A stretch of DNA of 64,000 nt from positions 104,385-168,384 of the forward strand of contig JADKKE010000007.1 of assembly GCA_016720655.1 (NCBI GenBank), given 5' to 3'. Positions 31,930 to 42,921 of the stretch are shown here, piece by piece; position 1 is the stretch's first letter, and every line of letters starts with the position of its first letter. The DNA is from Bacteroidota bacterium. Its GTDB lineage: Bacteria; Bacteroidota; Bacteroidia; AKYH767-A; 2013-40CM-41-45. The translations under genes and the position numbers were made by a program. The notes below the pieces were generated by a model. That model worked only from the letters and a program-made list of their open reading frames with translations. It had not been told where the DNA came from and searched no databases.

Positions 31930-34364
31930 ATGAAAAAGATACTCTATTCTTTCCTTCTCCTGTTGTGTTGCAGTTTTTTAGTCCATGGCAAAAAGCCCGG
32001 GAATATCAGCGGAATAGTTTTGGATATTCAAAAAAAGCCGCTGGAGTTTGCGACAGTTGTTTTGCTTTCGGATAAAGACAGCTCCATTGTGAAAGGAGTT
32101 TTCACGGATGATAAAGGAATGTATTCGTTTGAAGAAATTCCTTCGGGAACATATCGGATCATGGTTTCTCAGTTGGGTTTTAATAACCAGTATTCTTCAT
32201 CATTTACCGTGGCAGATTCTCAGGAAAACGTGGTTGTTCCGGAATTAAAAATTAGTGAAAAATCTGTTCAGTTAAAAGAAGCAACTGTCACAGCTCTGAA
32301 GCCATTCATTGAAAGAAGAGTAGATAAAACAATTGTGAATGTTGAAAACAGTATTGTGAGTGCCGGATCAACAGCGCTGGAAATTTTAAAGCGCTCTCCG
32401 GGTGTGATTGTAGACAATGATGGAAATATCAGTATAAAAGGAAAGCAGGGAGTTCAGGTTCTAATTGATGGGAAGCCAACTTATTTATCCGCTTCTGATT
32501 TGTATACAATGTTGAGGAATATGTCTTCCGATCAATTGGCAACAATTGAGATTATTACAAATCCTTCAGCCCGTTACGATGCAGCAGGAAATTCCGGCAT
32601 TTTGAATATCCGTTTGAGGAAGAAGCAGAATCTGGGTATGAACGGATCTTTAAATTTGAGTTACGGACAAGGCGTGTATCCTGATTTTGGAGCGGGATTT
32701 AGCCTGAACTACTGCAATGAAAATTTTCAATGTATTTGGGAGTTACAATTTCACAAAAAGGTTTTTATTTTGAACGGACTGATTTGCAAAGACGATTCAA
32801 GGAGTCCACATACACTTCACAGTTTATTCAGCATAATTTTGATAAAGGACATTACGATACTCATGAATTCCGGGGTGGTCTGGATTATTTTTTAAATCAA
32901 AAACAAACTCTCGGCGTCCTGGTGAAAGGTTTCTACAATACGAATACCGACAATACCACCAGTCAAACCGATATTCTGAACACTACCGATGTATCTGATT
33001 CAGGTTATGTGACATTGAATCACAGTGAAAGTTCATGGAACAGTCTTACCGGAAACCTGAATTACACTTACCAGATTGATACCTCAGGACAAGAACTGAG
33101 TGTGGATTTGGATGTTGCGCATTATACCAACCGTGCAGATTTCAGATTTGAGACGAATCATTACTATCCGAATTCGCTGAATACATACACTGAACTGGCA
33201 ACCAACAAGCAACCTGCAAGTATCAATGTGCAGTCTATCAAGGCGGATTATGTGAAACCGATTCGAAAAACAATGAAAGTGGAGCTGGGTGCTAAATCCA
33301 GCTTTGTGAAAACCGATAACGATGTGAAGTATTACAATTATGAAGATGATTTACCGATGATAGATACAAGCAAAACAAATCATTTTAATTACTCCGAAAG
33401 GATTTCGGCTGCTTATGTTAGTTGGTCCGGTGAATTTGAAAAGCTGGGTTTGCAAGTAGGTTTGCGCGGAGAACAAACTATTTCAGAAGGAGACCAAGTA
33501 ACAACCAATGCAGTTTTTAAAAGAAACTATCTGGAATGGTTCCCCAGTGCATTTTTAACTTACAAATTCACCGGAAATTACGAGGTCAAACTTTCTTACA
33601 GCAGACGCATTGATCGTCCGGCATATCAGCAGTTGAATCCGTTTAAATATTTCCTTGATCCGTATACATACCAGCAAGGCAATCCTTTTTTACAACCACA
33701 ACTGACCCATTCCTTTGAAGTGGCACAAACATTTTTGAAAATGTTCACACTGAGTGTGAATTATAGCATGACCTCGGACGTAATGACGCAGATTACAAAA
33801 CAAATTGATTCAACCAGAACAACTTTTATCACCACTGAAAATGTCAGCAACAGTGACAATTTCGGCATCGGATTAAGTGTTCCTGTCCAGATAACTCCCT
33901 GGTGGTATTCGAGCAATAATGTGAATGTTTTTAATAATGAAATCAGCGGAACAACAAGCAGCGGAACCATTACCAAAGAGATTACTGCATGGTCTTTTAA
34001 TTCCTACAATTCATTTCAGTTGCCCAAAGGTTGGGCGATGGAATTGAGTGGCTATTACAATTCCCGAATGATTTGGGGAACCTGGCTTGTTTCACCACAA
34101 GGATCCATCAGTGCCGGATTCAGAAAATCTTTGTTCAAAGACAGGATGGCTCTTCGGGTCAATGTGAATGATATTTTCCATACGGATATTATCACATCAG
34201 AAATCAAATACATGAACGTAGACGCAAATTTCTACAGGATCTATGACAGCCAGTTTGTTCGTTTTCACCTGTCTTACAAGTTTGGGAAAAGAACAGTAGC
34301 GAAAGCCAGACAAAGGGCAAGTGGGGCAGAGGATGAATTGAACAGGGTGAGAACAGGCCATTGA
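31930..34364 (+). pseudogene. Outer-membrane beta-barrel receptor (CarboxypepD_reg + plug-like + TonB-dependent-receptor-like barrel) with two +1 indels
   Basis: ORFs 31930..32895 and 32730..34364 are one gene. ...SLNYCNEN is in frame 1. FNVFGSYNFTK is in frame 2, after the T4 run at 32724-32727. GFYFERTDLQRRF is in frame 0, after the A5 run at 32755-32759. The C-terminus ends ...RFHLSYKFG. Confidence 0.82.
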
Positions 34365-34534
34365 GTTCGTTTTTTAAATCAACCCGACCCCGTCAAAACA
34401 AGGAATTTACGATGCCAATGTTTTAAGTAATTCTTAAAATAAATGGGCCTAAATATCGTTATTTCAAAGGAATAGCACCTTTGGGTTGACTCCTATTGAT
34501 AAAAAAACTTACCTTAGAGCCTCATTTAAAATCC

Positions 34535-35578
34535 ATGGAATTTACAGCCAGGCAAATCAGTGATCTTCTTCATGGCAAAGTTGAAGGAAATGAAGATGTC
34601 AAAGTCGGCAGTTTGAGTAAGATTGAAGAAGGAACACCGGGATCCTTAAGCTTTTTGGCAAATCCCAAGTATTCATCCTTTATCTATTCAACCAAGGCTT
34701 CTGTCGTCATTGTGAATGCTGATTTTGTTCCCGAACAGGCGGTGAGTGCCACATTGGTACGTGTAGAAAATGCATACCAGGCTTTTGTTAAACTTTTGGA
34801 ATTGTACAATCAGATTCAGAGGGACAAAAAAGGAATCGAACAGCCAAGTTTCATTGCTACGAATGCACAAATGGGAGAGAATTGTTATGTTGGTGCTTTC
34901 GCTTACATCGGACAAAATGCAAAGATTGGTAATAATGTTAAGATTTATCCCCAAGCTTTTGTAGGTGACAATGTGAGTATTGGCGATAACACAACCTTAT
35001 TCGCAGGAGCAAAAGTTTATTCCGACTGTGTGATCGGAAAAGAATGTACACTTCATACAGGAACTGTCATTGGTGCTGATGGATTTGGGTTTACACCGAA
35101 CAGTGAGAATCAATACAACAAAGTCGCACAGATTGGAAATGTGGTGATTGAAGACTATGTTGAAATTGGAGCAAATACAGCCATCGACAGAGCAACATTG
35201 GGTTCTACAATCATTCGCAAAGGTGTGAAGCTTGACAACCTGATTCAGATTGCCCACAATGTTGAAATTGGGGAGAACACTGTAATTGCAGCACAAACAG
35301 GTGTTGCCGGATCAACGAAAATTGGAAAAGATTGCATGATCGGTGGACAGGTTGGAATTGTTGGTCACATCACAATCGCAGATAAAGTAAAAATTGCGGC
35401 GCAATCCGGAATTGGATCCAGCATCACTACTGAAGGTGAAATCGTACAAGGCTCACCTGCATTCAACATTGGAGATTACAAGAGAACCTATGTTGTTTTT
35501 CGCAAGCTTCCCGCTCTGGAAAAAAGGATCAAAGAACTCGAGCAAATGATTGCAGAGTTGAAACAGATTCCTTCCTGA
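34535..35578 (+). CDS. lpxD: UDP-3-O-acylglucosamine N-acyltransferase
   Basis: N-terminal LpxD domain ([20 protein letters not shown]) and left-handed beta-helix hexapeptide repeats. The ORF opens at TTG 34496; the first ATG is at 34535. Confidence 0.92.
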   Translation: MEFTARQISDLLHGKVEGNEDVKVGSLSKIEEGTPGSLSFLANPKYSSFIYSTKASVVIVNADFVPEQAVSATLVRVENAYQAFVKLLELYNQIQRDKKGIEQPSFIATNAQMGENCYVGAFAYIGQNAKIGNNVKIYPQAFVGDNVSIGDNTTLFAGAKVYSDCVIGKECTLHTGTVIGADGFGFTPNSENQYNKVAQIGNVVIEDYVEIGANTAIDRATLGSTIIRKGVKLDNLIQIAHNVEIGENTVIAAQTGVAGSTKIGKDCMIGGQVGIVGHITIADKVKIAAQSGIGSSITTEGEIVQGSPAFNIGDYKRTYVVFRKLPALEKRIKELEQMIAELKQIPS

Positions 35579-35605
35579 TTTTTTTAGCATACAAATCTTT
35601 TGACC

Positions 35606-38534
35606 TTATCGAAGAATCGAAAATCGTTTTGTCAAAATTGATTTTTCTTTTTCAATTACAAGAAAGTACAAGCCTTCCTGCAAGTTTGAAATCTCCAGTA
35701 CAAATTTCGAGTTTCCAATTTTTTTCTGAATTTGTAATTCACCGATCGAATTGTGTAGGTACAAATATCCATCGAGATATTCTTCAGACAATTCAATGTT
35801 GATAGCATTTTGTGCAGGGTTCGGATACATTAGAAAAGTTGTGCCGGAAATTCCTTTGTTCATGCCTGTAAGAAAGTGATAGAGTGTAGAAGTTGTGGTA
35901 CATCCATTTGTATCCAAAACTTCAACAGTATAATTTCCATCCAAAGGGTTAGGATAGGAAGATCCGGAAATTGCAGTATCGAGTATTCCATTAAAATACC
36001 AGTTGTAGCTCACAAAACCCGGCAATGTCCACAAAACGTTTGGTCCTTCAGTTATGAACAGCGCTGAGGTATAGAATACGGACACTTGGGTAGGAGCGGA
36101 GGCTGTGCATTGATTGCTATCTGTCACAGTGAGTGTATATACTTCTGTTGAATCCGGAGAAGCTGTAGGATTCGGGACATTTGGATCATCTAAAAAATTA
36201 AAAGGTGACCAACTGAATATATACGGAGGGATACCTCCATATCCGGAAGGGCTTCCACCGAGATCTACACTTCCACTGGTGCAATACGATGCAGCCAATC
36301 CGGGGTTTGTAATCAATTGTGGAGGCTGGGTGATGCTGATCAATTTTGTGTCGAAGCAGGAATGGATATCATTCACAACAACAAGATAATTACCGGCTCC
36401 GAGACCTGAAAGAGTGTTTGAATGAACAGATGTATCCGATTGCCAGGAGTATGTATAAGCGGGAGTTCCACCAGTGACATTGAGTACCACACTTCCGTTT
36501 GATTCACCGTAACAGGAAACATTTGTTTGACTCGCATTAATGCTGAGTTGTCCCGGTTCATGAATTGCAATAAATTCCTGGACAGTACATCCATTCACAT
36601 CCGTTATTGTAACTGTATATGTTCCTGCCAATACATTCGAAATTTGATTTGTAGTATTGTTGTTCGACCAGAGATAGGTGTATCCCGGAGTACCACCGCT
36701 CACTTGTATAGAAGCGGCAGAACCAAGAGTCGAGCCATTGCAATCCACTGAATCAACTGAGCTTTGAACAATCATTGCCCGGTGGAGCCTGAACAATTCC
36801 GGTGCTGGTTGATGTGCAATTGTGAGCATCTGTAATGATAACTGTGTAAGTGCCCGCTGCCAAATTAGATGCCGTATCATCGGTTTGAACAGGATTTGTA
36901 TTCCAGTCAAAAGAATATGGAAGTGTACCTCCGGAGGCTGTGACAAACAAGCCACCTGTAGCCTGACCCTGGCAAGCTGCATCAAGTACAGTAATTGACG
37001 AATTCAGTATATCAGGTTCAGAGATGGAATATACATCGACAAAAGAGCATCCGGAGTTATCTGTAACGGTAACGGTATAATCACCGGGCGATAAAGCACT
37101 CGCATTTTCAGTTGTACTTACATTGGGTACCCATGAAAAAGTATAAGGAGTGGTACCTCCTGTTGTAGTGAGTTGAATGGATCCATTGTTATTTCCAAAA
37201 CATGTAATCTGATTAATCGTTTGAACCTGCACAGATAAACTTGAAGGTTGCGTGATTGTTTCTGATGCAGTATTAGTGCAACCGATATTGTCAGTGACCA
37301 CTACAGTATATGTACCACTTGAAAGTCCTGTTGCTGTTTGAGTTAATGCACCACCGGGCGACCATTCATACTGATAGGGAGGAGCTCCACCGGAAGGTGT
37401 TGCTGTTGCAGTGCCATTGGCAAGTCCACATGTTGCAGCGGTAGAACTGGTATTAATGATGATTTCTGTAGGCTGTGTTATGCTAACCGTTGCACTTGCA
37501 GTACACCCGATTGCGTCCGATATTGTAACGGTATAAGTTCCACTTGTCAATGAATTTGCAATTGCATTTGATCCTCCCTGAGGTAACCAGGAATAGGTAT
37601 AAGGACTCGTCCCACCATTTGGAAACCCGGCAGCCGAACCATCATTTCCACCGAAGCAGGTAACATGGGTGGGATTGATCGTAGGTCCCATCGCAGGATC
37701 GACATTTATGAACAGAGTACTGAAAAGTCCATCTCCACATGCGTTGGATGCGTACACAGATATTTCACCAATTGTGCTGTTTGAAGTTGCATTGATTGAA
37801 TTTGTTGTCGAATTTCCTGTCCATCCCGGAGGCAAGGACCAAACGTAGGAGGTCGCTCCGGAAACCGGATTAATAAAATAGGTATTTGTAGAGCCCCCAC
37901 AGATGGTTGTTGCACCTGAAATGGAACCCGCCGGACCCGGAACATTGCATACATTTTCCGCGATCGTAAGTGTGGATAAAAAGGTTGTATCTCCTAGTGA
38001 AGTGTATACTGCTCCGCTACCCTCACATGCCAACAAGGAGCCATAGAAGATCACAGTACCGCTTCCTGCGGCGGGAGCGATCCAGTCAAAGGACCAGGAA
38101 GCTGAATTTGTGTTGGCGACACCGTTTCTTTTATGCGTTATATAACCACCACCGGGATAAGAAGCATAGGTACGGTTTGCATCAGTGACCACCAATGTGC
38201 CCAGTATTTGCGCGCCATTCTGAGGGGAAATTGAAAATCCAAAATGAGTATGGCCCGGACGGTTCAGAGATGCGGTGAGTGAATAAGTTACGCCGGGTGT
38301 ATACCCTGCAGGTGGAATGTTGGACGTGATAAGTCCGGGAATTGTGATGGGCGCAGCTCCGGTATGACAACCAGTAAAAGCACAGGATTTTCCATCCAGT
38401 GGAGAATTGGTGCAATTGTAATTGGTTAGAAATACATCGGAATAGGAGCGCGCAACATTTTGAACAGAATCAATGATGATGAGAAAAATAAAAAAGCAAA
38501 AAAGACAAAAAATAATTTTGTTTCTGGCAAGCAT
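35606..38534 (-). pseudogene. Large T9SS cargo protein: Reeler-like N-terminal domain + about six SprB repeats + T9SS CTD; one indel
   Basis: ORFs 36753..38588 and 35606..36985 join at about 36778-36782 (...STGIVQAP | AMIVQSSVDSVDCNG...). SprB-type repeats follow the pattern CxGxxxGS...GGTxPYTYSW. The CTD is MYPNPAQNAINIEL...GLYFLVIEKEKSILTKRFSILR. The likely start is MLARNKII at 38534. Confidence 0.8.
36430..37680 (-). repeat. Tandem SprB-type repeats (about 75-80 aa each, at the protein level)
   Basis: The repeat heads are HVTCFGGNDGS, ATCGLANGT, QITCFGNNNGS, DAACQGQATGG, DCNGSTLGS and NVSCYGESNGS. Each is followed by GG(T/A)xPY(T/Q)(Y/F)xW and ...GxYTVT(I/V)TD. Confidence 0.7.
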
Positions 38535-38741
38535 AATTTCAGAATTTAAAATGTTGAAGGAGAGGAATTCAAAAATGCACTTTAGCAAATTTAGGTTTTA
38601 AGCTGTATTTTCCAAATTCATTTTTCAATTAATTTCCTATTGCCTTGATTTGAGTCAAAGTGGAACTTTCAAAGGGTTAATGGAATAGTGTTTGGACCAT
38701 TTATTATTTTTTATTTGCATCCCCAATACCAAAATTTTACT

Positions 38742-38749
38742 TATGTTTG
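38742..38749 (+). promoter_or_regulatory. Candidate -7 box (TATGTTTG)
   Basis: Matches TAnnTTTG, about 55 nt upstream of the ATG at 38804. Confidence 0.25.
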
Positions 38750-38803
38750 AAATCATTAAAGGTTTTCCAAAAACCAACTTCTTAAGATTTTTTATTCAAA
38801 GAA

Positions 38804-41800
38804 ATGCTCAAAATGTACAAGACCTTCTCGTTAGGATTGCTCTTTATTCTCAATTTTTTGCAATCAAGTTCTGCCCAAAATTTCTGCATCCCAGACTATT
38901 CGAATTCGTCCGGAAATCCCCTGAGAATCGGAGAAGTCAATCTTGGTGATTTACGGGATACAGCGTTAACAGCGCATGATACAGCACAGTATCTGGATTA
39001 TTCCAGTGTCATCGCAGTGGATACGAACTTTTATCTGGTCACGACAGAGCTTATCCGGGGAAAAAATCAAACACTTAAAATTAATGCCAATTCAACCACT
39101 GCTGCTTTTTCCGCCTGGATTGATTATAATGAAAATGGTTCTTTTGAAGATGCGGATGAAAAGCTTGGAATCGAATATATGCCCGATACTTTTGGTCAGA
39201 TTCAGTTTCATATTCCCTCGTGGGTAATTCCGGGTACAAAGAGAATGCGAATTTCACTTGCACCTGTATCGGATTCATTAGGTCGGCGATTTGATTTTCT
39301 TCCGTGTACACCCATCGATCCAACTGTGGGGCAAACCATAGATTATTCAATTGAGATTCATGCAGATTATTGTTTTCCGTTCCTGACTTCAACATGTGAC
39401 CAGAATTTCATGATCGATGGATTTGAAATCAACAGAATGCAAAACCTGAACAATGGAAAGGATCTTGCCAACTGTCACAGTGACTTTACCACTGATCCGA
39501 CTTTGCTCGCTGAACTGGTGCGAGGGACTTACGACTCCATCAAAATTCATTTTAAAAATCTGGTCAACCCTGTGGCTTATTTTAATATGTGGGTGGATGG
39601 CGACGATGATGGTGAATATGAAAGTTATGAGACACCGATTAGTAATTTAAGCATTCCGGTTACTACTACTTTGGACACAACCCTGGTGTTTCCTGTTTTT
39701 CCTGTGCCCAATGAAACAGGATATAAGAGAATACGGATTCAGGTTTCGAATTCATCGATCACCAATGGTTTTGAGGATGAAGCCTGTAATCCATTTGCTT
39801 CCGGTGAGTATGAGGATTACCTGATTTATATTGGTAGTTCCGTTTGTGTGCCCACTAATTCCGCCGGAACTGTGAACGGGGCGTATATTAATTCTGTGAC
39901 AATGGATGCCACATCGATTACTTCGAATTCAGGTGGCACTGTACATTACCAGGATTATTATTATGCTCCGGCAACGTTCATTAATCTTCCTCCCGATAAG
40001 AATCACACGCTAACGATTCAATCTGTAAATGCAACTGGCAATTCTGTGTATTTGGGCGCATATGCGGATTTTAATAACGATGGTATATTCAATGTTGAAA
40101 GTCCATATGAAAATCTTGTTCTCAATTCCAACGGACTTGATTATTTAACGCATTCAACTGCATCTTCATTGGACGTTCTAACATTTCGTTCACCATCGAT
40201 TTTATCGGATGGGCCGGTTCATTTGCGGATAATTGTTGCTGACTCGACAGAAGAATTTTATTGTTCTCTAAATAACCCAATAAATATCGGAGAGATCGAG
40301 GATTATAAACTTATAATTTTAAATGATGATAGTCTGGCTCCAATCGCAGATCTGATTCCAAGACTCGGGCAGGGAACATATACCGGAGGAGCACATGAAT
40401 TTTGTCCGGGTGCCATCCAGTTCTTTGATGCGAGTTACCATCATCCGGATCAATGGCATTGGGAATTTCCAGGAGGGAGACCTTCTGTTTCAGATTTGCA
40501 GAATCCTGTTGTATTTTATGATAGTGCAGGTTATAAATCAGTTAAATTGAGAGTGACAAATTCTTTTGGTCTTGATTCAGTATCATTATCAAATTTAATT
40601 TATGTTAATTCGAATGGTATCCATTTCCGTGATGTCACCGGTAATTTATTGAATGACACAGTTGTTGTTTGCGGTACCAACAATTCATTTTATATCAACG
40701 CCGCCGACGATCCCTATTTTCAAACATATTTATGGAGTACATCATCAACAGATACAGCTGTCAATTTTACTGCTGTGCTTCCCGATACGAATTCAATTTA
40801 CCTGACTGTTCAAACGAGAACGGCTCCTTCCTGTACCTTAAAAGACACCCTTTTTCTTATTCAGAATTCTACACTTCAAGTGGACCTCAATGTGTCACCT
40901 ACTGCCAATGATATTTGTGCGTCGACTGCATTTATTGATACACTGAACTGTACAAATTCCAATGCTTTACTGGACACTTATCAATTTTCGACTCATTTTA
41001 ATTCAGATGCACCAACATTTCTCAACAATGCAGGTTCGAATCCATTGCAGTTGATCGATACCATTGACCTCAGTGCTCATGCCGGGGGAACAATTAGTTA
41101 TCTGGTCAGTTACAATGCGGTTTCCGGAAACGCAACAAACTTTGGTTGTGCTGTTGTTTCAGATTCGCTCACACTCGCCATTCATGCACAACCTACAGCT
41201 TCCCTTCACACTTTAGATTCATCTTTGTATTGTGTTGGAGCAACTTTAACAACAGTCGCAACTTCATCCGGTGGAACGGGTTCACCATCCTATCAATGGT
41301 CCGCAATTGGATCTGTACTAAATCAAAATCAGGATAGCCTGGTTTTGCAAGACATTTCTGTTGTGCCGGGTCCGATCGCAATCCAGTATATTTATTCTAC
41401 CAATGGTCCGGGTTGTATTTCCGATACTGCTGTATATACAGAGCAATTACTTTCGCGTCCTCTTGTGCAAGTATCAACCTCATCGGACTCAATTTGTAAT
41501 CAGGCCAATCTTTCAATTCTGGGAACCCTCAATCCTCTTTTTGGAAACGGAGAAGCCGGAACTTATGAATGGTCGTGGAGCTCTGATCAGGGAGCGAACT
41601 GGAATATTCTTGGTTCGGGAACAGATACATTTTTTGTTGGCCCCTTTTATATTCCGGGTTTGTCTGGAACGGATACTACTGTTCAGGTTCGTGTTCAGTT
41701 TACAGGAGCCCAACCGGAACTGGGATGTATGTCTGACCCAGCAAGCAGTAATGTGATTATTCAGGCAACTCCGGATGTCACAAATAGTTCCTTCACGGAG

Positions 41801-42910
41801 TCAATTTGTTCCGGATCAGGACTCTTAAGTCCGGTGTCACTTCAAGCGAATATTCCGGGTTCAACCTTCCAATGGAATTTCAGTTCCGGAAATCAGGTAC
41901 AGGTTACACCATCGAGTGGTAGCACTACACAAATTAATCCTGTTTTTACCAATACTAGCAATCAGCAAGACACCACCCGATTGTTTGTTACTGCTACCGG
42001 ACCGGGAAGCACGGCATGTCCCGGCATTACACGATCAATTGCCTTCCTTACCATTAATCCGGTTCCAGGGGCACCTGTTGTAAGTATTCTTGATTCTGCT
42101 GTTTGCAGTGATGCCCAAAATGTATTTATTTCCGTTGTTCCTCAGCCTGGAATTGTTTCGATCTGGGATAGTACTGAAACAACTTTGCATGAATTGAATG
42201 GAGTAGAATCCGGTGGTTTTGCTGTTTTCGATTTTAAACCAGTGAGTGCTTCGACAATTGATTCTGCCGGTGTACAATCGCAGTATGCGTTTGCACCGGA
42301 ATGTCCGAGTGCTACTACATTTGCGCATTTTACTATTTCTCCGGAACCTGCACCTCCCGGTGATATCAAAATACAATTTCAGAGTCTCGGAAATACCTTG
42401 GTATGTATGAGAAATGATGTAGACGGGTATCAATGGGGATATGATAGCCTTCCGGATTATCAACCACATCTTCAGTCAGGCCAGGTTTTTCAATCGTGTT
42501 CGTTTGGAAATTCATTTGACGTTACCCGGTTTTATTATTGGGTGATTGTTACTCAGGGAAATTGTGAAAGTAAATTTTATTATGGCGGTGATAATGGTGA
42601 ATTTTTGCCTCCGTATGTTAGAAACTCTGTTGTTCCACTTCCTGTAAAAGGTTTTCCATTACTGGAAGTGTTTCCTAATCCGAACAATGGGGAATTCACA
42701 GTTTCTCTGAAAAATTTTACTGGAACTTATGCGAATCTGCAAGTCTATGATGCCATCGGAAAATGTGTACGAAAGCAGGACATGGATTTAAACCAAAGCG
42801 ATGAATACCATCTAGTATTGAAGGATAATAATTTGCGGAAAGGAATTTATTGGTTGAGAGTAAATACTTCACAGGAAGAATCAGCTTTGGTGTCATTTAT
42901 TATCCAATAA
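38804..42910 (+). CDS. 1368-aa T9SS cargo protein with multiple GEVED domains, a PKD domain and Ig-like repeats
   Basis: Signal peptide, GEVED-like endings (GQTIDYSIEI, SGEYEDYLIYI, IGEIEDYKLII), a PKD motif (WHWEFPGGRPS...GYKSVKLRVTNSFG), and a T9SS CTD (LEVFPNPNNGEFTVSL...GIYWLRVNTSQEESALVSFIIQ). Confidence 0.85.
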   Translation: MLKMYKTFSLGLLFILNFLQSSSAQNFCIPDYSNSSGNPLRIGEVNLGDLRDTALTAHDTAQYLDYSSVIAVDTNFYLVTTELIRGKNQTLKINANSTTAAFSAWIDYNENGSFEDADEKLGIEYMPDTFGQIQFHIPSWVIPGTKRMRISLAPVSDSLGRRFDFLPCTPIDPTVGQTIDYSIEIHADYCFPFLTSTCDQNFMIDGFEINRMQNLNNGKDLANCHSDFTTDPTLLAELVRGTYDSIKIHFKNLVNPVAYFNMWVDGDDDGEYESYETPISNLSIPVTTTLDTTLVFPVFPVPNETGYKRIRIQVSNSSITNGFEDEACNPFASGEYEDYLIYIGSSVCVPTNSAGTVNGAYINSVTMDATSITSNSGGTVHYQDYYYAPATFINLPPDKNHTLTIQSVNATGNSVYLGAYADFNNDGIFNVESPYENLVLNSNGLDYLTHSTASSLDVLTFRSPSILSDGPVHLRIIVADSTEEFYCSLNNPINIGEIEDYKLIILNDDSLAPIADLIPRLGQGTYTGGAHEFCPGAIQFFDASYHHPDQWHWEFPGGRPSVSDLQNPVVFYDSAGYKSVKLRVTNSFGLDSVSLSNLIYVNSNGIHFRDVTGNLLNDTVVVCGTNNSFYINAADDPYFQTYLWSTSSTDTAVNFTAVLPDTNSIYLTVQTRTAPSCTLKDTLFLIQNSTLQVDLNVSPTANDICASTAFIDTLNCTNSNALLDTYQFSTHFNSDAPTFLNNAGSNPLQLIDTIDLSAHAGGTISYLVSYNAVSGNATNFGCAVVSDSLTLAIHAQPTASLHTLDSSLYCVGATLTTVATSSGGTGSPSYQWSAIGSVLNQNQDSLVLQDISVVPGPIAIQYIYSTNGPGCISDTAVYTEQLLSRPLVQVSTSSDSICNQANLSILGTLNPLFGNGEAGTYEWSWSSDQGANWNILGSGTDTFFVGPFYIPGLSGTDTTVQVRVQFTGAQPELGCMSDPASSNVIIQATPDVTNSSFTESICSGSGLLSPVSLQANIPGSTFQWNFSSGNQVQVTPSSGSTTQINPVFTNTSNQQDTTRLFVTATGPGSTACPGITRSIAFLTINPVPGAPVVSILDSAVCSDAQNVFISVVPQPGIVSIWDSTETTLHELNGVESGGFAVFDFKPVSASTIDSAGVQSQYAFAPECPSATTFAHFTISPEPAPPGDIKIQFQSLGNTLVCMRNDVDGYQWGYDSLPDYQPHLQSGQVFQSCSFGNSFDVTRFYYWVIVTQGNCESKFYYGGDNGEFLPPYVRNSVVPLPVKGFPLLEVFPNPNNGEFTVSLKNFTGTYANLQVYDAIGKCVRKQDMDLNQSDEYHLVLKDNNLRKGIYWLRVNTSQEESALVSFIIQ

Positions 42911-42921
42911 ACATTCAGGAC

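Noticed and set aside
38330-38400. C-x4-C-H (CAFTGCH) near the N-terminus of the SprB-repeat protein, considered as a possible c-type haem site.
   Set aside because: It is not the canonical CxxCH spacing. The surrounding motifs fit a Reeler-like domain better.
38692-38949. 85-aa ORF overlapping the start of the 1368-aa gene.
   Set aside because: It is out of frame with, and largely inside, a gene that has a clear signal peptide and domain content. It has no motifs.
42850-42921. Upstream extension of P1 (the ORF track starts at 42850), overlapping the end of the 1368-aa gene.
   Set aside because: The extension (MVESKYFTGRISFGVIYYPINIQD) is the alternate-frame read of the upstream gene's T9SS CTD. 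The ATG at 42922 is followed directly by a canonical signal peptide.
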